Notes: a model not told the origin generated them from the sequence alone. Positions 31,281 to 41,640 are shown, counted from the first letter of the stretch. The stretch is DNA of 64,000 nucleotides from Treponemataceae bacterium (GCA_963677895.2 CAXXGJ010000017.1:32001-96000), one strand, 5' to 3'. Numbers and translations: made by a program.

Positions 31281-31299
31281 TTAATCCTCCGCTTCGCGT

Positions 31300-32160
31300 T
31301 CAGCCTTTTATGGCGCCAGATGCGACACCTTTCGTGATCTGTTTGTGGAACGCGATATAGAAAAGAAGCATTGGGATCATTCCGATGGTCAGCGCGGCGA
31401 ACTGTTTCCCGTAATCGGTCGACAGGGAGCCAGAGAATTTATAGATGCCGAGAGGCAACGATTTCAATTCCGTCCTTGAGACGAGAATGTTGATGAGCGC
31501 GAACTCATTCCAAATGGAGGCTATGTTCAAGATCGCAAGGGTCGTGACCACGGGAACGCTCATCGGCAGGATTATCTTCATGAATATCGAGAAAAAGCCG
31601 GCGCCATCAATGCGGGCCGACTCGACGACTGCGGAGGGAATCGATCGGATGTATTCCGTGGCGAAATAAATGCCGATAGGCAGTCCGCAGCCGATGTAGA
31701 CGAGGAACACCGCCAGCCGCGTGTTGTAAATCCCGAACAGGTTCATTTCAAGGAACAGCGGAATCATCAATGTCTGTGTGGTGAGTAGAATACCTATGAT
31801 GAAGCTGTTGTAGATAGGCTTGGTGGCGCGCGACCTCAGCTTCGCAAAAGCGAAACCCGCCATGAGGGAAAGAAAGATGATGCCGATCGTGGAAATACCC
31901 GTGTAGATGAGGGAATTCGGGAACAGCAAGGCGAAATCGCCCATTTTCCAGGCTTCGACGTAGTTTCGCAGCGTCGGGTTCTTAGGAAACCCTAACTGGC
32001 TCATCTGGAATTCCCTCGTCGTCTTGAAGGAGTTCATGACGAGCCATAATATGGGATAGATCGTCATAAACGCGAAGAGCATCATGATGACGTAGGCAAA
32101 AAACCTGGCCATCGCCGAAAGCAGTCGCTGAGCGACGCCGTTTCTGCGCTCATCCTTCAT
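31300..32160 (-). CDS. Carbohydrate ABC permease (MalG-like)
   Basis: ESARIDGA EAA loop, WNEF, KGVASGAIKG end. Confidence 0.93.
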   Translation of the reverse strand: MKDERRNGVAQRLLSAMARFFAYVIMMLFAFMTIYPILWLVMNSFKTTREFQMSQLGFPKNPTLRNYVEAWKMGDFALLFPNSLIYTGISTIGIIFLSLMAGFAFAKLRSRATKPIYNSFIIGILLTTQTLMIPLFLEMNLFGIYNTRLAVFLVYIGCGLPIGIYFATEYIRSIPSAVVESARIDGAGFFSIFMKIILPMSVPVVTTLAILNIASIWNEFALINILVSRTELKSLPLGIYKFSGSLSTDYGKQFAALTIGMIPMLLFYIAFHKQITKGVASGAIKG

Positions 32161-32163
32161 CGC

Positions 32164-33288
32164 TTAGTCCTCCTTCCCGCCAAACCGTTTTTCAGCCACC
32201 TTGGTTAGGCCGATAAGCATAAAGCTTATCAGTACCATGATGAGGGAAATAGCGTTCGCGAGCGGGAAGTTCGGCCTCCCGAGAAATGCATTATTGTACA
32301 TATAGATCGAAAGGATTTCCGTCACTCGCGAGGGTCCGCCCCCCGTCATGGCGAAAACAAGGGCAAAGCTGGAAAGGGAGCCGGATATGGCGAGTATCGC
32401 GGAGTTCACCAGTGTTCCCGACAAGGCGGGTAAAATCACATAACGCATGATCTGCCAATCGCCGGCCCCGTCGATCCGCGCGGCCTCTACGACCTGCGAA
32501 TCAATCTTCTGCATGTTCGCCAGGAATAGAATGAGATACATGCCCGTATACATCCAGAGAATCACGAAGAGCACCGGAAGCATCGCTATGTTGGCCTTGC
32601 TGAGAAAGGTGGGGCTCCATCTCTGGACAAAAAGGTTGGAGAGGGCGTCCAGCACGGAACGGATGGGCTCCCCCGCGTAGGAAGCGAGCAGGTCCTTCAA
32701 TTCCGGAACGGGATCGGAAAACATGGCTCTTCCGGACGAGCCCGCGAGATCGAGGATTTTCCTCACTATCTCGTCGCTTGCGGCGTAGCCGCCAGAGGAT
32801 GTGAAAAGAGCCCCGAGCCGAGCCTGAAACTCTTTTACACGCATCGCGTTCACCACTTCGGCGATGGGACCATGCGGCGAGAATATGGTTTGCCAGAGAA
32901 GCCCGACCACGATGACCGAGATTATGTTGGGCACGTAGAGAAGTCCCTGCCAGAAGTTGGGCGCTTTCACAAGCCTGGCGTATATGAAATAGGCGAACAC
33001 GAAGCCGAGAGGTAGTTGTCCAAGTACTGAAATGAGCACGATATAAATATTGTTCTTGAAGGCATTCCAGAACCAAGGGTCGGAAAAGACCCGGGAATAG
33101 GCCTGAAAGCCGGCGAATCCCCAGCTTTCGCCACCGAACATCTTTCCGCCTGAATAGTTCGATACCGAGAGCAGGATCGACAGGAGGATCGGGAAGGCCA
33201 TGACTATCATGTAGATGAGAAAGGCCGGGAAAATCATCGCCCAATATGCCTTGCTTTCTTCATGATTGGTTCGTCGCGGTCCAGCCAT
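32164..33288 (-). CDS. Carbohydrate ABC permease (MalF-like) with a loop insertion
   Basis: EAARIDGA, MTGGGP, six TM segments. Confidence 0.92.
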   Translation of the reverse strand: MAGPRRTNHEESKAYWAMIFPAFLIYMIVMAFPILLSILLSVSNYSGGKMFGGESWGFAGFQAYSRVFSDPWFWNAFKNNIYIVLISVLGQLPLGFVFAYFIYARLVKAPNFWQGLLYVPNIISVIVVGLLWQTIFSPHGPIAEVVNAMRVKEFQARLGALFTSSGGYAASDEIVRKILDLAGSSGRAMFSDPVPELKDLLASYAGEPIRSVLDALSNLFVQRWSPTFLSKANIAMLPVLFVILWMYTGMYLILFLANMQKIDSQVVEAARIDGAGDWQIMRYVILPALSGTLVNSAILAISGSLSSFALVFAMTGGGPSRVTEILSIYMYNNAFLGRPNFPLANAISLIMVLISFMLIGLTKVAEKRFGGKED

Positions 33289-33361
33289 CGGATCCTCACT
33301 ATCAGAAGTTATGCGCCTAGAGGGGCCGTCGATATTATTGGCAGCCCCCTAAGCGAATTTT

Positions 33362-34666
33362 TTATTTTTTCGCAGTTTTCCAGGCTTCAAAAGCCTTCTG
33401 GACATCGGACGCGACTTTCTCCGGCGTGGAAGTTCCAAGACCGATCGCGATGAGGCCATCGTTGACTACGTTGTAGACGGCCGGATCGAAGGCGCCGTCG
33501 AACACATAGCAGGTGTCGGGATTGTCCGCGTAGAAGACGGGGACTTTCGCGACGAAGGGCTCGACGTTTGCTTTTACGCCCTTGCGGGTGGGAACGTAGG
33601 CGCCGGTGCTGTAACGAATGGCCTGGACTTCGGCCGAATAGAGATACTTGACGAGGCGGCTCGCGGCTTTCTCCTTGGCCGAGTTCGAGGGAAGTGCGCC
33701 TGAAATGGCCCAACCCGTGCCCGCGACCGCCGAAACGACGCCGGGATTTTTCTCGCCAGCGATAGCCGGGAACGGCAGGAGAGCGAAATCGGATTCCTGC
33801 GCAGCGGGAGAAATGAGCGCTTTCCCTGAAGCTTTATCGGTGATGTAAGCGCCGGCTCTCCAGTCGCCATCGATATAGATCGCCGCCTTGCTCGAGACAA
33901 AGAGACCGGGCGCCTCGCCGTAGCCAACCTGGTTGTCTTCGCGGGCGATAATGCCGTCATTGTAGAGATCGGAGATTACCTGGAGCGTATCGACGAATGG
34001 TTTGTCGGTGAACTTCGCTTTGCCAGCGTTGATCGCGTCGACGAAGTCATCGCCGGCCATCCTTCCGAGCACCGTCGAAAAGAGGCAGGACTGCATCGGC
34101 CAGCCGTCCTTATTCGGCAGCATGATGACATTGATTCCCTTCGCCTTCAGTTTGGGCACCATTTTTTTGAGATCGCTGTAGGTTTTGGGCAGGGCGAAAC
34201 CGTTGTCGGAGAGGAGTTTTTTGTTGACATACATGACCGACGTGTAGGTGAAGGACTGAGGCAGTTCGACGAGGTACTTTCCCAGCTGATTGTTGGGGTT
34301 TGTGGCAGCGCCGGAGAAATTTTTCAGGAAATCGGCACCAAGAACCTTCGAGAGATCCTTCGCAAGCTTCTTCTCGTGGATCACCGCGCTGCGAGCGCCC
34401 GGCCAGACATAGAAAACGTCGGGAAGCATTCCGGCCGCGGCGTACGCCTGAAGCTTCTGATGGTAGGGCTCGTTGAAGAGCACTTCCATATTGAGGGTGA
34501 TATCCGGGTTGTCAGCCTGGAATTTTTGCCAGATCGCCACGTCTTCCTGGTATCCAGCCTGATCGGCCTGCTGGTAGTTGAAGACGTTGAGCGTCACTTT
34601 CTCTTGGGCGCAGACTCCCGAAACGACGAGTGCGACCATGGCGAACGCGAGAACCGCCTTTTTCAT
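33362..34666 (-). CDS. Carbohydrate ABC substrate-binding protein
   Basis: Signal peptide MKKAVLAF.., LPDVF, YVNKKL, AAIYIDGDW; AGGAGG RBS. Confidence 0.92.
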   Translation of the reverse strand: MKKAVLAFAMVALVVSGVCAQEKVTLNVFNYQQADQAGYQEDVAIWQKFQADNPDITLNMEVLFNEPYHQKLQAYAAAGMLPDVFYVWPGARSAVIHEKKLAKDLSKVLGADFLKNFSGAATNPNNQLGKYLVELPQSFTYTSVMYVNKKLLSDNGFALPKTYSDLKKMVPKLKAKGINVIMLPNKDGWPMQSCLFSTVLGRMAGDDFVDAINAGKAKFTDKPFVDTLQVISDLYNDGIIAREDNQVGYGEAPGLFVSSKAAIYIDGDWRAGAYITDKASGKALISPAAQESDFALLPFPAIAGEKNPGVVSAVAGTGWAISGALPSNSAKEKAASRLVKYLYSAEVQAIRYSTGAYVPTRKGVKANVEPFVAKVPVFYADNPDTCYVFDGAFDPAVYNVVNDGLIAIGLGTSTPEKVASDVQKAFEAWKTAKK

Positions 34667-34740
34667 GGAAACCTCCTTGGCAGCGGGTTCGACCCCGCAT
34701 GGAATCCTATGCTTTCGCCGCACCGATCGAGGAGACGGCG

Positions 34741-35871
34741 CTAAAGCCCCCTTGAAACGCCTCTCTCGAGGAGGCGATGCTCAGCCAACAGCCGCTCAAA
34801 TACCATACCCGCGGCCCCATAAGCCACGGCTTTATCCTTGAGACTCGAATACCGGATTTCCACATCCTTGGGAGAGGGATACATCCAATTTTCCTCGAGC
34901 TTGCGCCTCAGTATCGAAGGAAGGTCTATGTTGAGAGCTTCAATATCACCACCGATGAAAACCTGCGAAAAATCCATGGTATTGATAAGCATCGCCATGT
35001 TGCGCGAAAGCTCCTCGATAGTCTTCTCCAAGATCGCGCGGTTCGAATTCATCCGCGCGAGGTCCTCGCGCGGCAACGAGAATTGCAGATCGTTCTTCCC
35101 GTCGCAAAACGCGCTCCTGAATTCGCCCGCGAAGCCGTGTGATCCGGTATGGACCTTGCCGCGCAGAACGATGCCAAAACCTACCCCAATGCCGCCGTAG
35201 CAGCGCAAGGAAGTCTGGTCCTGCCGGTATTCCACCAGGGCGAAAAGGAAATTGTTCAGGTCTTCCTTTTTATTGAAGGCAAGTTCACCCCATGCGCAGC
35301 AATTAGCGTCGTTTTCTATGCATACGGGTACGGATAGCTTTCCCGCCATGGCCTTTTCGAAGTCCAGCGGCTTGCCGATGCCGAGCGGCACTGAATAACG
35401 AATCCGCCCTTTGGCCGAATCGACGAGGCCGGCCGTTCCGACGCCCACGCCAAGGAGTACCGAGTCGCAGCAGTATTCGTTTTCGGTTTCTTCCACGAGA
35501 CCGAGAACGGTGTCGGTGAAGTTGTCGTAATTGACATCCACGGCTTTACGTCTAGTCCCCCTGATTTCTCCAGCGGCGTCGACGATGACGGCTTCGCAAA
35601 AACCGAGTTGGAGTTCGATGCCGATGATGCGCCCGTATTCCTTCCGAACCGCCAGCTGGATCGGTTTCCGGCCGCCCCTGACCGAAGCTTCGCCTTCATC
35701 CAATTCCTCGACGAGGCCAGATTCCAAAAGGAAGCAGACTTGATTCGTCACGGTGGATTTGTCGAGATCGAGAAGCTTCGCCAGATCTATTCTGCTGATA
35801 CCGGGATTACGCCATATCGCCCTGAATATACGTGATGTCGTGCGCTTACCCGAATCTCCGGTTCTCGCCAT
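34741..35871 (-). CDS. ROK-family repressor (XylR/NagC-like)
   Basis: N-terminal HTH ISRIDLA..LDKSTVT, GGRKP, ENDANC, GIGVG, AGEF. Confidence 0.92.
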   Translation of the reverse strand: MARTGDSGKRTTSRIFRAIWRNPGISRIDLAKLLDLDKSTVTNQVCFLLESGLVEELDEGEASVRGGRKPIQLAVRKEYGRIIGIELQLGFCEAVIVDAAGEIRGTRRKAVDVNYDNFTDTVLGLVEETENEYCCDSVLLGVGVGTAGLVDSAKGRIRYSVPLGIGKPLDFEKAMAGKLSVPVCIENDANCCAWGELAFNKKEDLNNFLFALVEYRQDQTSLRCYGGIGVGFGIVLRGKVHTGSHGFAGEFRSAFCDGKNDLQFSLPREDLARMNSNRAILEKTIEELSRNMAMLINTMDFSQVFIGGDIEALNIDLPSILRRKLEENWMYPSPKDVEIRYSSLKDKAVAYGAAGMVFERLLAEHRLLERGVSRGL

Positions 35872-35911
35872 GATGCCCTGCTCTCCAAATTTTTATCGTG
35901 TATCATCTTTA

Positions 35912-35972
35912 ATATCAATTAGTTGATTTATTAAACCAATTGATATATATCATCACTATACGCGGCTGTCAA
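35912..35972 (-). promoter_or_regulatory. Promoter of the ROK-sugar operon overlapped by a palindromic operator
   Basis: Minus-strand TTGACA(35972-67)-17-TATATA; palindrome atatcaatt-agtt...aacc-aattgatat at 35912-35946 resembling XylR/ROK operators. Confidence 0.65.
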
Positions 35973-36028
35973 GGAAACTTTACGATGATTCGATCGCGGG
36001 TCTCACGCTCAGCGGATGGAGGATACCG

Positions 36029-38656
36029 ATGGAAAAGTTCTCGCTTGCCGGAGAATGGAGACTATGCCAAATCGACGGCGAAATTGAGGTCCTAATGACC
36101 GTTCCTGGCGATATCCTTTCGGCGCTCGTCGCCGGAGGAGTCGCGCCTGACCCCTATTCGGGCAAAAACGAAAATAAAGTGCGGTGGGTAGGCGAGTCGG
36201 ATTGGCGTGTCGAGCGAGAGTTCGAGGTACCTCCCGCGCTACTCGCGTGCGAACGAATTTTCCTCGATATCGACGTCATCGATACGGTGGCGAGCGTCGA
36301 GATAAATGGAACCCGCATCGGCGACAATGCCTCCATGTTCGTAAGGTTCCGTCGAGACCTGATCTCCACGCTGAAAACGGGGAAGAACTTGATATCGATA
36401 CGCATCCGCTCGCCCGAAAAGGCAGCGGCAGACATCGCGGCGACCTTGCCCTACCCCATCCCCGAATCGACCTATCCTCCCTCTTCTCCCCATAGGAACC
36501 TCATCAGGAAGGCCCAATGCATGAGCGGCTGGGACTGGGGGCCTTGCCTGATGACGGGAGGAATCTACGACAGCATTGAACTCGTGGGAGTCGATGGCCC
36601 CAGGATCGATTATGTGCGAGCCAGCATTTTCGCGGTGGAAAGCTTCGATCTTCGCGCGCGTGGCCTCGCCCTGGAATCAGGTCCCGATTTCAAAGTCGAA
36701 GCGACCATCGACGTAAATAGCCCCTCGAGCATGGAGGCTCTGCTTTCCGTGGCCTTGGCCGGTGAAAAACGCTCCAGCCGGGTCCAGCTGTCTGCGGGCG
36801 ACTCCGCGCTCAAGATGGAATTTTACGTGAAAAAACCTCTTCTATGGTGGCCGCAGGGCATGGGCGCCCAACCCCTCTATGACCTCGAAATATCGCTTGG
36901 GGCGGCTGCCGCTCATGGAGACGGCCAAGTCGATACCTCCCTGGCCGCGGCCTCTCCTCATATCGTGCGCAAACGGATCGGCTTCCGCGAACTCATCGTC
37001 TCGACGGCGGAGGACTCCGAAGGCCGGGAGATGAAGTTCGTCGTAAACGGCCGCGATATGTTCGCGAAGGGCGCCAACTGGATTCCCGCCGATGCCTTGC
37101 CTTCCCGGTGCACAAAGGAAAAAATCGCCGGCCTTCTCGGATCAGCCGTCGAGGCTCACATGAACTGCCTCCGCGTCTGGGGCGGCGGACGCTACGAGTG
37201 CGACGATTTCTACGATCTGTGCGATGAGCTCGGCATCCTCGTCTGGCAAGACTGCATGTTCTCCTGCGCGCTCTACCCCTCCACTCTCGCCTTCCTCGCC
37301 GAGGTGGAAGCGGAGATCCGTCATCAGGTGAAGAGACTTCAGTACCACCCCAGCGTCGCGCTCTGGTGCGGCGGCAACGAAGCCTTGGGTGCGATTACCT
37401 GGTATGAAGAATCGAAGACGAATCCGGCGCGCTATATAGTCGACTACGATCGGCTCACCGAGGGCGTGTTGGGTAAGGTCGTACGAGAACTCGACTGGGA
37501 ACGATGCTGGTGGCCTTCAAGTCCTTCGGCGGGTCCCAACGACTTTTCGGATAACTGGCATTCCGACGATAAAGGCGACATGCATTTCTGGTCGGTCTGG
37601 CATGAGGGGAAGCCCTTTTCCGAATACCTGACCGTGCGCCCGAGATTCTGCTCCGAATTCGGTTTCCAGGCCTTCCCGGGCTTTGAGACTATAGCCGGTT
37701 TCGCGCCTCCGGACGAGCGCAACCTCAGCTCGCCGACGATGGAAGCCCACCAGCGCCACCCGCAGGGGAACAGCCTGATCGTCGACACCATGCTGCGCTA
37801 TTTCAGAATGCCCAAAGGCTTCAGGGAGACGCTCTACCTATCGCAGGTCCAGCAGGCCATGGCCATCGGCACCGCCGTGGAATACTGGCGCTCGGAACGT
37901 CCGCGCTGCATGGGGACACTCTATTGGCAGCTCAACGACGTATGGCCGGCGACAAGCTGGTCCAGCATCGAATACGGCGGCATATGGAAGCTTCTTCACT
38001 ACGAAGCGCGACGCTTCTATGACCCGCTTCTCCTCGCCTTCATTCTGCGCGACGGGAACATCGAACTGCGCGTCGTCAACGATAGCTATTTTGGCATGGA
38101 CGGGAGTTTCGAGATTTCGTTCGTCGATTTCACGGGCAGGCTTTTGGCAAGTTACAAGGGAGACAAGGGACTGCCGGCCGAGGGGGCGCGGACGCTATGG
38201 TCGATGCCGCTGAAGGATGCGCCCGAGAGCCCCGAACGCTGCTTCATCGAGGCCAGGCTATCGGCGTACGGAAATCCGCGAAACTCCACGGTCCCAGGAG
38301 GCGAATCGCGGCGGCGGGCGTGGCGTTTTCTCACCGAGCCCAAGCGCTGTTCCCTTGTGGAGGCTAACCTTGTGGCGCAGCTCGATCAAGCGGAGGAAGG
38401 GCAAGATCAGGCATTGTATGTGTCCATAGAAGCGCGCGACGCGCCCGCGTTCCATGTCGCTCCAACCTTCCAGGCCGCTCCTGGACTCCCTTGCCTGCGC
38501 GGCCGCTTCGAGGACGCGGGATTTTATCTTTCAAGGGGCGAGTCGAGAAGGCTTCGCTTCATTCCGGAGAAGGGGTCGGAGGCGATGGCGCGTGCGTCCA
38601 CGATCGACCTCTCCTCTCAGCTCCGCCTCTTCGATCTCAGGAGCAGCTATGAATGA
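36029..38656 (+). CDS. GH2 beta-mannosidase
   Basis: RKAQCMSGWDWGP, KGANWIP, RVWGGG, WCGGNE, GDMHFW, SEFGFQ, WQLNDVWP. Confidence 0.93.
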   Translation: MEKFSLAGEWRLCQIDGEIEVLMTVPGDILSALVAGGVAPDPYSGKNENKVRWVGESDWRVEREFEVPPALLACERIFLDIDVIDTVASVEINGTRIGDNASMFVRFRRDLISTLKTGKNLISIRIRSPEKAAADIAATLPYPIPESTYPPSSPHRNLIRKAQCMSGWDWGPCLMTGGIYDSIELVGVDGPRIDYVRASIFAVESFDLRARGLALESGPDFKVEATIDVNSPSSMEALLSVALAGEKRSSRVQLSAGDSALKMEFYVKKPLLWWPQGMGAQPLYDLEISLGAAAAHGDGQVDTSLAAASPHIVRKRIGFRELIVSTAEDSEGREMKFVVNGRDMFAKGANWIPADALPSRCTKEKIAGLLGSAVEAHMNCLRVWGGGRYECDDFYDLCDELGILVWQDCMFSCALYPSTLAFLAEVEAEIRHQVKRLQYHPSVALWCGGNEALGAITWYEESKTNPARYIVDYDRLTEGVLGKVVRELDWERCWWPSSPSAGPNDFSDNWHSDDKGDMHFWSVWHEGKPFSEYLTVRPRFCSEFGFQAFPGFETIAGFAPPDERNLSSPTMEAHQRHPQGNSLIVDTMLRYFRMPKGFRETLYLSQVQQAMAIGTAVEYWRSERPRCMGTLYWQLNDVWPATSWSSIEYGGIWKLLHYEARRFYDPLLLAFILRDGNIELRVVNDSYFGMDGSFEISFVDFTGRLLASYKGDKGLPAEGARTLWSMPLKDAPESPERCFIEARLSAYGNPRNSTVPGGESRRRAWRFLTEPKRCSLVEANLVAQLDQAEEGQDQALYVSIEARDAPAFHVAPTFQAAPGLPCLRGRFEDAGFYLSRGESRRLRFIPEKGSEAMARASTIDLSSQLRLFDLRSSYE

Positions 38657-38696
38657 GAGAGGGCTGTCCGCGATTCGTTTCGCGGACAGCCCTCTC
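38657..38696. terminator. Perfect 17-bp hairpin between convergent genes
   Basis: gagagggctgtccgcga-ttcgtt-tcgcggacagccctctc. Confidence 0.7.
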
Positions 38697-38740
38697 ATCG
38701 TCTACTCCGGCATAGGGGCGCCGGAGAACAGCCTCATTCT

Positions 38741-39742
38741 TCAGATATCGCCTATCGTGGCGACCATGACCGCCTTGATGGTATGTAGCCTGTTCTCCGC
38801 CTGATCGAAAACGACGGAGTGGCGGGAACGGAAGAGTTCGTCCGACACTTCCATCTCGCCGATGCCATGCTTCTTCTCGATATCCTGGCCCACGGCGGTC
38901 TCCGTATCGTGGAAGGCCGGCAGGCAATGCAGGAAGACGACATCGGGATTCCCGGTTTTCCTCGCGAAATCCATGGTGACGCGGTAGTCCTGGAGCTGGG
39001 CGATGCGTTCGGCGAACTTCGCTTCCTCGCCCATCGAAACCCAGACATCGGTGTAGAGCACGTCGGCGCCGGCCAAGGCTTTATCCACGTTCTCGATGCT
39101 GAAGAATTCGATGCTGCCGCCGGTTTTCTCGGCCACCTTGCGTATTTCGGCCGTGAGCGTCTCGTTCGGCCAAAGCTCCTTCGGAGCGAGCGCCACGAAG
39201 CGCATGCCCATCTTGGCGCTACCGATCATGAGCGCGTTGCCCATGTTGTTCCTCGCGTCGCCGCAGTAGACCATCTTCACCTTGTTCAGGGGCTTGTGGA
39301 CATGCTCTTCGATCGTGAGAAGATCGGCGAGGATCTGGGTCGGGTGGTCGTCGTCGGTGAGGCCGTTCCACACGGGCACGCCCGAATATTTCGCGAGATC
39401 CTCCACGAGTTTCTGCGAAAATCCCCTGTACTGGATTCCGTTGTACATGCGTCCCAACACCTTGGCGGTGTCCTCGACGGATTCCTTTTTGCCCATCTGC
39501 GAATTGGTCAGGAAGGTGGCGTTGCCCCCTTCGTCCCAGCAGGCGGTTTCGAAGGCGCAGCGCGTCCTGGTCGACGCCTTGTCGAAAATGAGCACTATAT
39601 TCTTGCGGTATAAAGCGTTCCCAGGGATTCCGGCGCGCTTTTTAGCTTTCAGGTCATGCGACAGGTCGAGAAGATAGCGGATTTCCTCGGGGCTGAAATC
39701 CTTGAGCGTGAGGAAACTGCGACCCTTGAGATTGACGGGCAT
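38741..39742 (-). CDS. argF: Ornithine carbamoyltransferase (ArgF/ArcB)
   Basis: STRT, HPTQ, DVWVSMG, HCLP, QAENRLH; GGAGG RBS before ATG 39742. Confidence 0.93.
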   Translation of the reverse strand: MPVNLKGRSFLTLKDFSPEEIRYLLDLSHDLKAKKRAGIPGNALYRKNIVLIFDKASTRTRCAFETACWDEGGNATFLTNSQMGKKESVEDTAKVLGRMYNGIQYRGFSQKLVEDLAKYSGVPVWNGLTDDDHPTQILADLLTIEEHVHKPLNKVKMVYCGDARNNMGNALMIGSAKMGMRFVALAPKELWPNETLTAEIRKVAEKTGGSIEFFSIENVDKALAGADVLYTDVWVSMGEEAKFAERIAQLQDYRVTMDFARKTGNPDVVFLHCLPAFHDTETAVGQDIEKKHGIGEMEVSDELFRSRHSVVFDQAENRLHTIKAVMVATIGDI

Positions 39743-39867
39743 GTGGTCCTCCAAAATGCAAAGTGGTTGCCGCGATGCCATATGGCGGCAATGATCCTAT
39801 ATATACCATGCGAAGACCCGGGTCAAGTACGCCAGCGCGAATGGAATATCATAATTATTTACCCAGA

Positions 39868-39885
39868 AGTGAATAATATTGCAGC
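39868..39885. promoter_or_regulatory. Possible ARG box upstream of the OTC gene
   Basis: agTGAATaataTTGCAgc versus the ArgR consensus nnTGAATwwwwATKCAnn; only a weak second box. Confidence 0.3.
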
Positions 39886-39983
39886 GACTCTCGCGGCCGC
39901 ATGGTGTTTGACTCATCCGGCCTCCTTGGCTATACTAGCTTCTACGTTCCATCGGTCCATGGAACACTCCAAAAGGAGCCGTC

Positions 39984-41354
39984 ATGACGCTCACATTATC
40001 CAACATGGCAAAGGCAGTCATCGATTCGCAGTACGCTGTTCGGGGACCTATCGTCGCCCGTGCGCAGGAACTCGAACGAGCAGGCCGGAAGATAATTTAC
40101 TGCAATATCGGAAACCCCCAGGCTCTGGGACAGAAACCTCTGACCTACGTGCGGCAGGTTCTCGCCCTGGCCGAATGGCCCGAACTTGCGTCGAAGGCTC
40201 CCGAAGCATTCCCCGAGGATATCCTGGCTACGGCGAAAACCATATTGACCGAATCCAAAAGCGGTCTGGGCGCGTACTCGGAATCCAAGGGACTGAAGTT
40301 CGTCCGGAAAGCCATCGCGGAGTTCATACAAGAGCGGGATTCCGACGAGGCGCTCGCCGTCAAGGCCGACCCCGAGCATATATATCTCACCGATGGCGCC
40401 TCCAAAGGCGTCCAGACCGCGCTGCGCTGCGTCATCGCTTCCGACCGCGACGGCGTCATGGTTCCCACGCCCCAGTATCCTCTCTATTCGGCCGCGATCA
40501 CTCTCTACGGCGGCGTGCAGGTAGGATATTATCTGGACGAGGCTTCCGGCTGGAGTCTATCCCGCGCAATGCTCGACGCAGCCTATTCCAAGGCGCGAAA
40601 AGAGGGCACGAAGGTCAAGGCCATCTGCGTCATCAACCCCGGCAACCCCACTGGCTCGGTGCTGTCACGCGACAATATCGCGATGGTCATCGATTTCGCG
40701 AAGGAACACGGACTTTCCGTTCTCGCCGACGAAGTGTACCAGAAAAACACCTATCGGGCGGAAGACCGCTTCACCTCCTTCGCGAGAGTGCTGACCGAAC
40801 TGGGCGAAAAGGACGTGAGTCTCTTCAGCTTCCACTCCTGTTCGAAGGGCTACCTTGGCGAATGCGGCCAGCGCGGCGGCTATATGGAAGTGAGGAATCT
40901 GCCCGAGGACGTCATCGCCCAGATCACGAAGCTCCAGTCCATCGCCCTCTGCTCCAATCTGCCGGGACAGGTCCTCGTCTATCTGCTGGTGCGTCCGCCG
41001 CGCCCGGGCGATCAGTCCTACGAGCTTTTCCGAAACGAACGCGACGGTGTGATAGACGCGCTGAAGCGGCGGGCGGCGCTTCTCGCGGAAGGCCTGGACA
41101 GCATTCCCGGCTATTCCTGCCAGCCCATCACGGGCGCCATGTACGCCTTCCCGACGATCACCCTGCCCGCCGGGCGGAGCGACGACGAGTACTGCCTCGC
41201 CATGCTCGAAAAGACGGGCATCTGTGTCATTCCGGGAAGCGGTTTCGGGCAGCTGCCCGGCACGGCTCATTTCAGGACGACAATTCTGCCCCCCCTCGAA
41301 CAGATTGAGGAAGTGGTGGGCAAGATCAGGGAATTCCACCTTTCGTGGCGATAG
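39984..41354 (+). CDS. PLP-dependent alanine aminotransferase (GPT/AlaAT type)
   Basis: YAVRG, CNIGNPQ, PQYPLYSA, INPGNPTG, ADEVYQ, FHSCSKG..GECGQRGGY, PGSGFGQ, HFRTTILP. Confidence 0.9.
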   Translation: MTLTLSNMAKAVIDSQYAVRGPIVARAQELERAGRKIIYCNIGNPQALGQKPLTYVRQVLALAEWPELASKAPEAFPEDILATAKTILTESKSGLGAYSESKGLKFVRKAIAEFIQERDSDEALAVKADPEHIYLTDGASKGVQTALRCVIASDRDGVMVPTPQYPLYSAAITLYGGVQVGYYLDEASGWSLSRAMLDAAYSKARKEGTKVKAICVINPGNPTGSVLSRDNIAMVIDFAKEHGLSVLADEVYQKNTYRAEDRFTSFARVLTELGEKDVSLFSFHSCSKGYLGECGQRGGYMEVRNLPEDVIAQITKLQSIALCSNLPGQVLVYLLVRPPRPGDQSYELFRNERDGVIDALKRRAALLAEGLDSIPGYSCQPITGAMYAFPTITLPAGRSDDEYCLAMLEKTGICVIPGSGFGQLPGTAHFRTTILPPLEQIEEVVGKIREFHLSWR

Positions 41355-41364
41355 GAGACAAATC

Positions 41365-41640
41365 ATGGAAATGAAAGCCAGTCATATTCTCATCAAGGAC
41401 AGGGCCCTGGCTCAGGAACTTCTCAAGAGGATCAAACAGGGCGCCAACTTCGAAAGCCTGGCGCGCGAGCATTCGACCTGCCCCTCGAAGTCATCGGGGG
41501 GAGACCTCGGCTGGTTCGGGCCGGGGAAGATGGTCGCCCCCTTCGAATCGGCCTGCAAAGGCCTGGGCGTGGGCTCGATATCCGACGTCGTCCAGACCCA
41601 GTTCGGCTACCACATCATAAAACTGACGGGGCGCCGCTGA
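41365..41640 (+). CDS. ppiC: Parvulin peptidyl-prolyl isomerase
   Basis: ASHIL, HSTCPS..GGDLGWF, QTQFGYHII; GGAG RBS. Confidence 0.92.
   Translation: MEMKASHILIKDRALAQELLKRIKQGANFESLAREHSTCPSKSSGGDLGWFGPGKMVAPFESACKGLGVGSISDVVQTQFGYHIIKLTGRR

Noticed and set aside
39656..41308. 550-aa alternative-frame ORF over the aminotransferase
   Set aside because: Arg/Pro-rich off-frame translation with no recognisable domain
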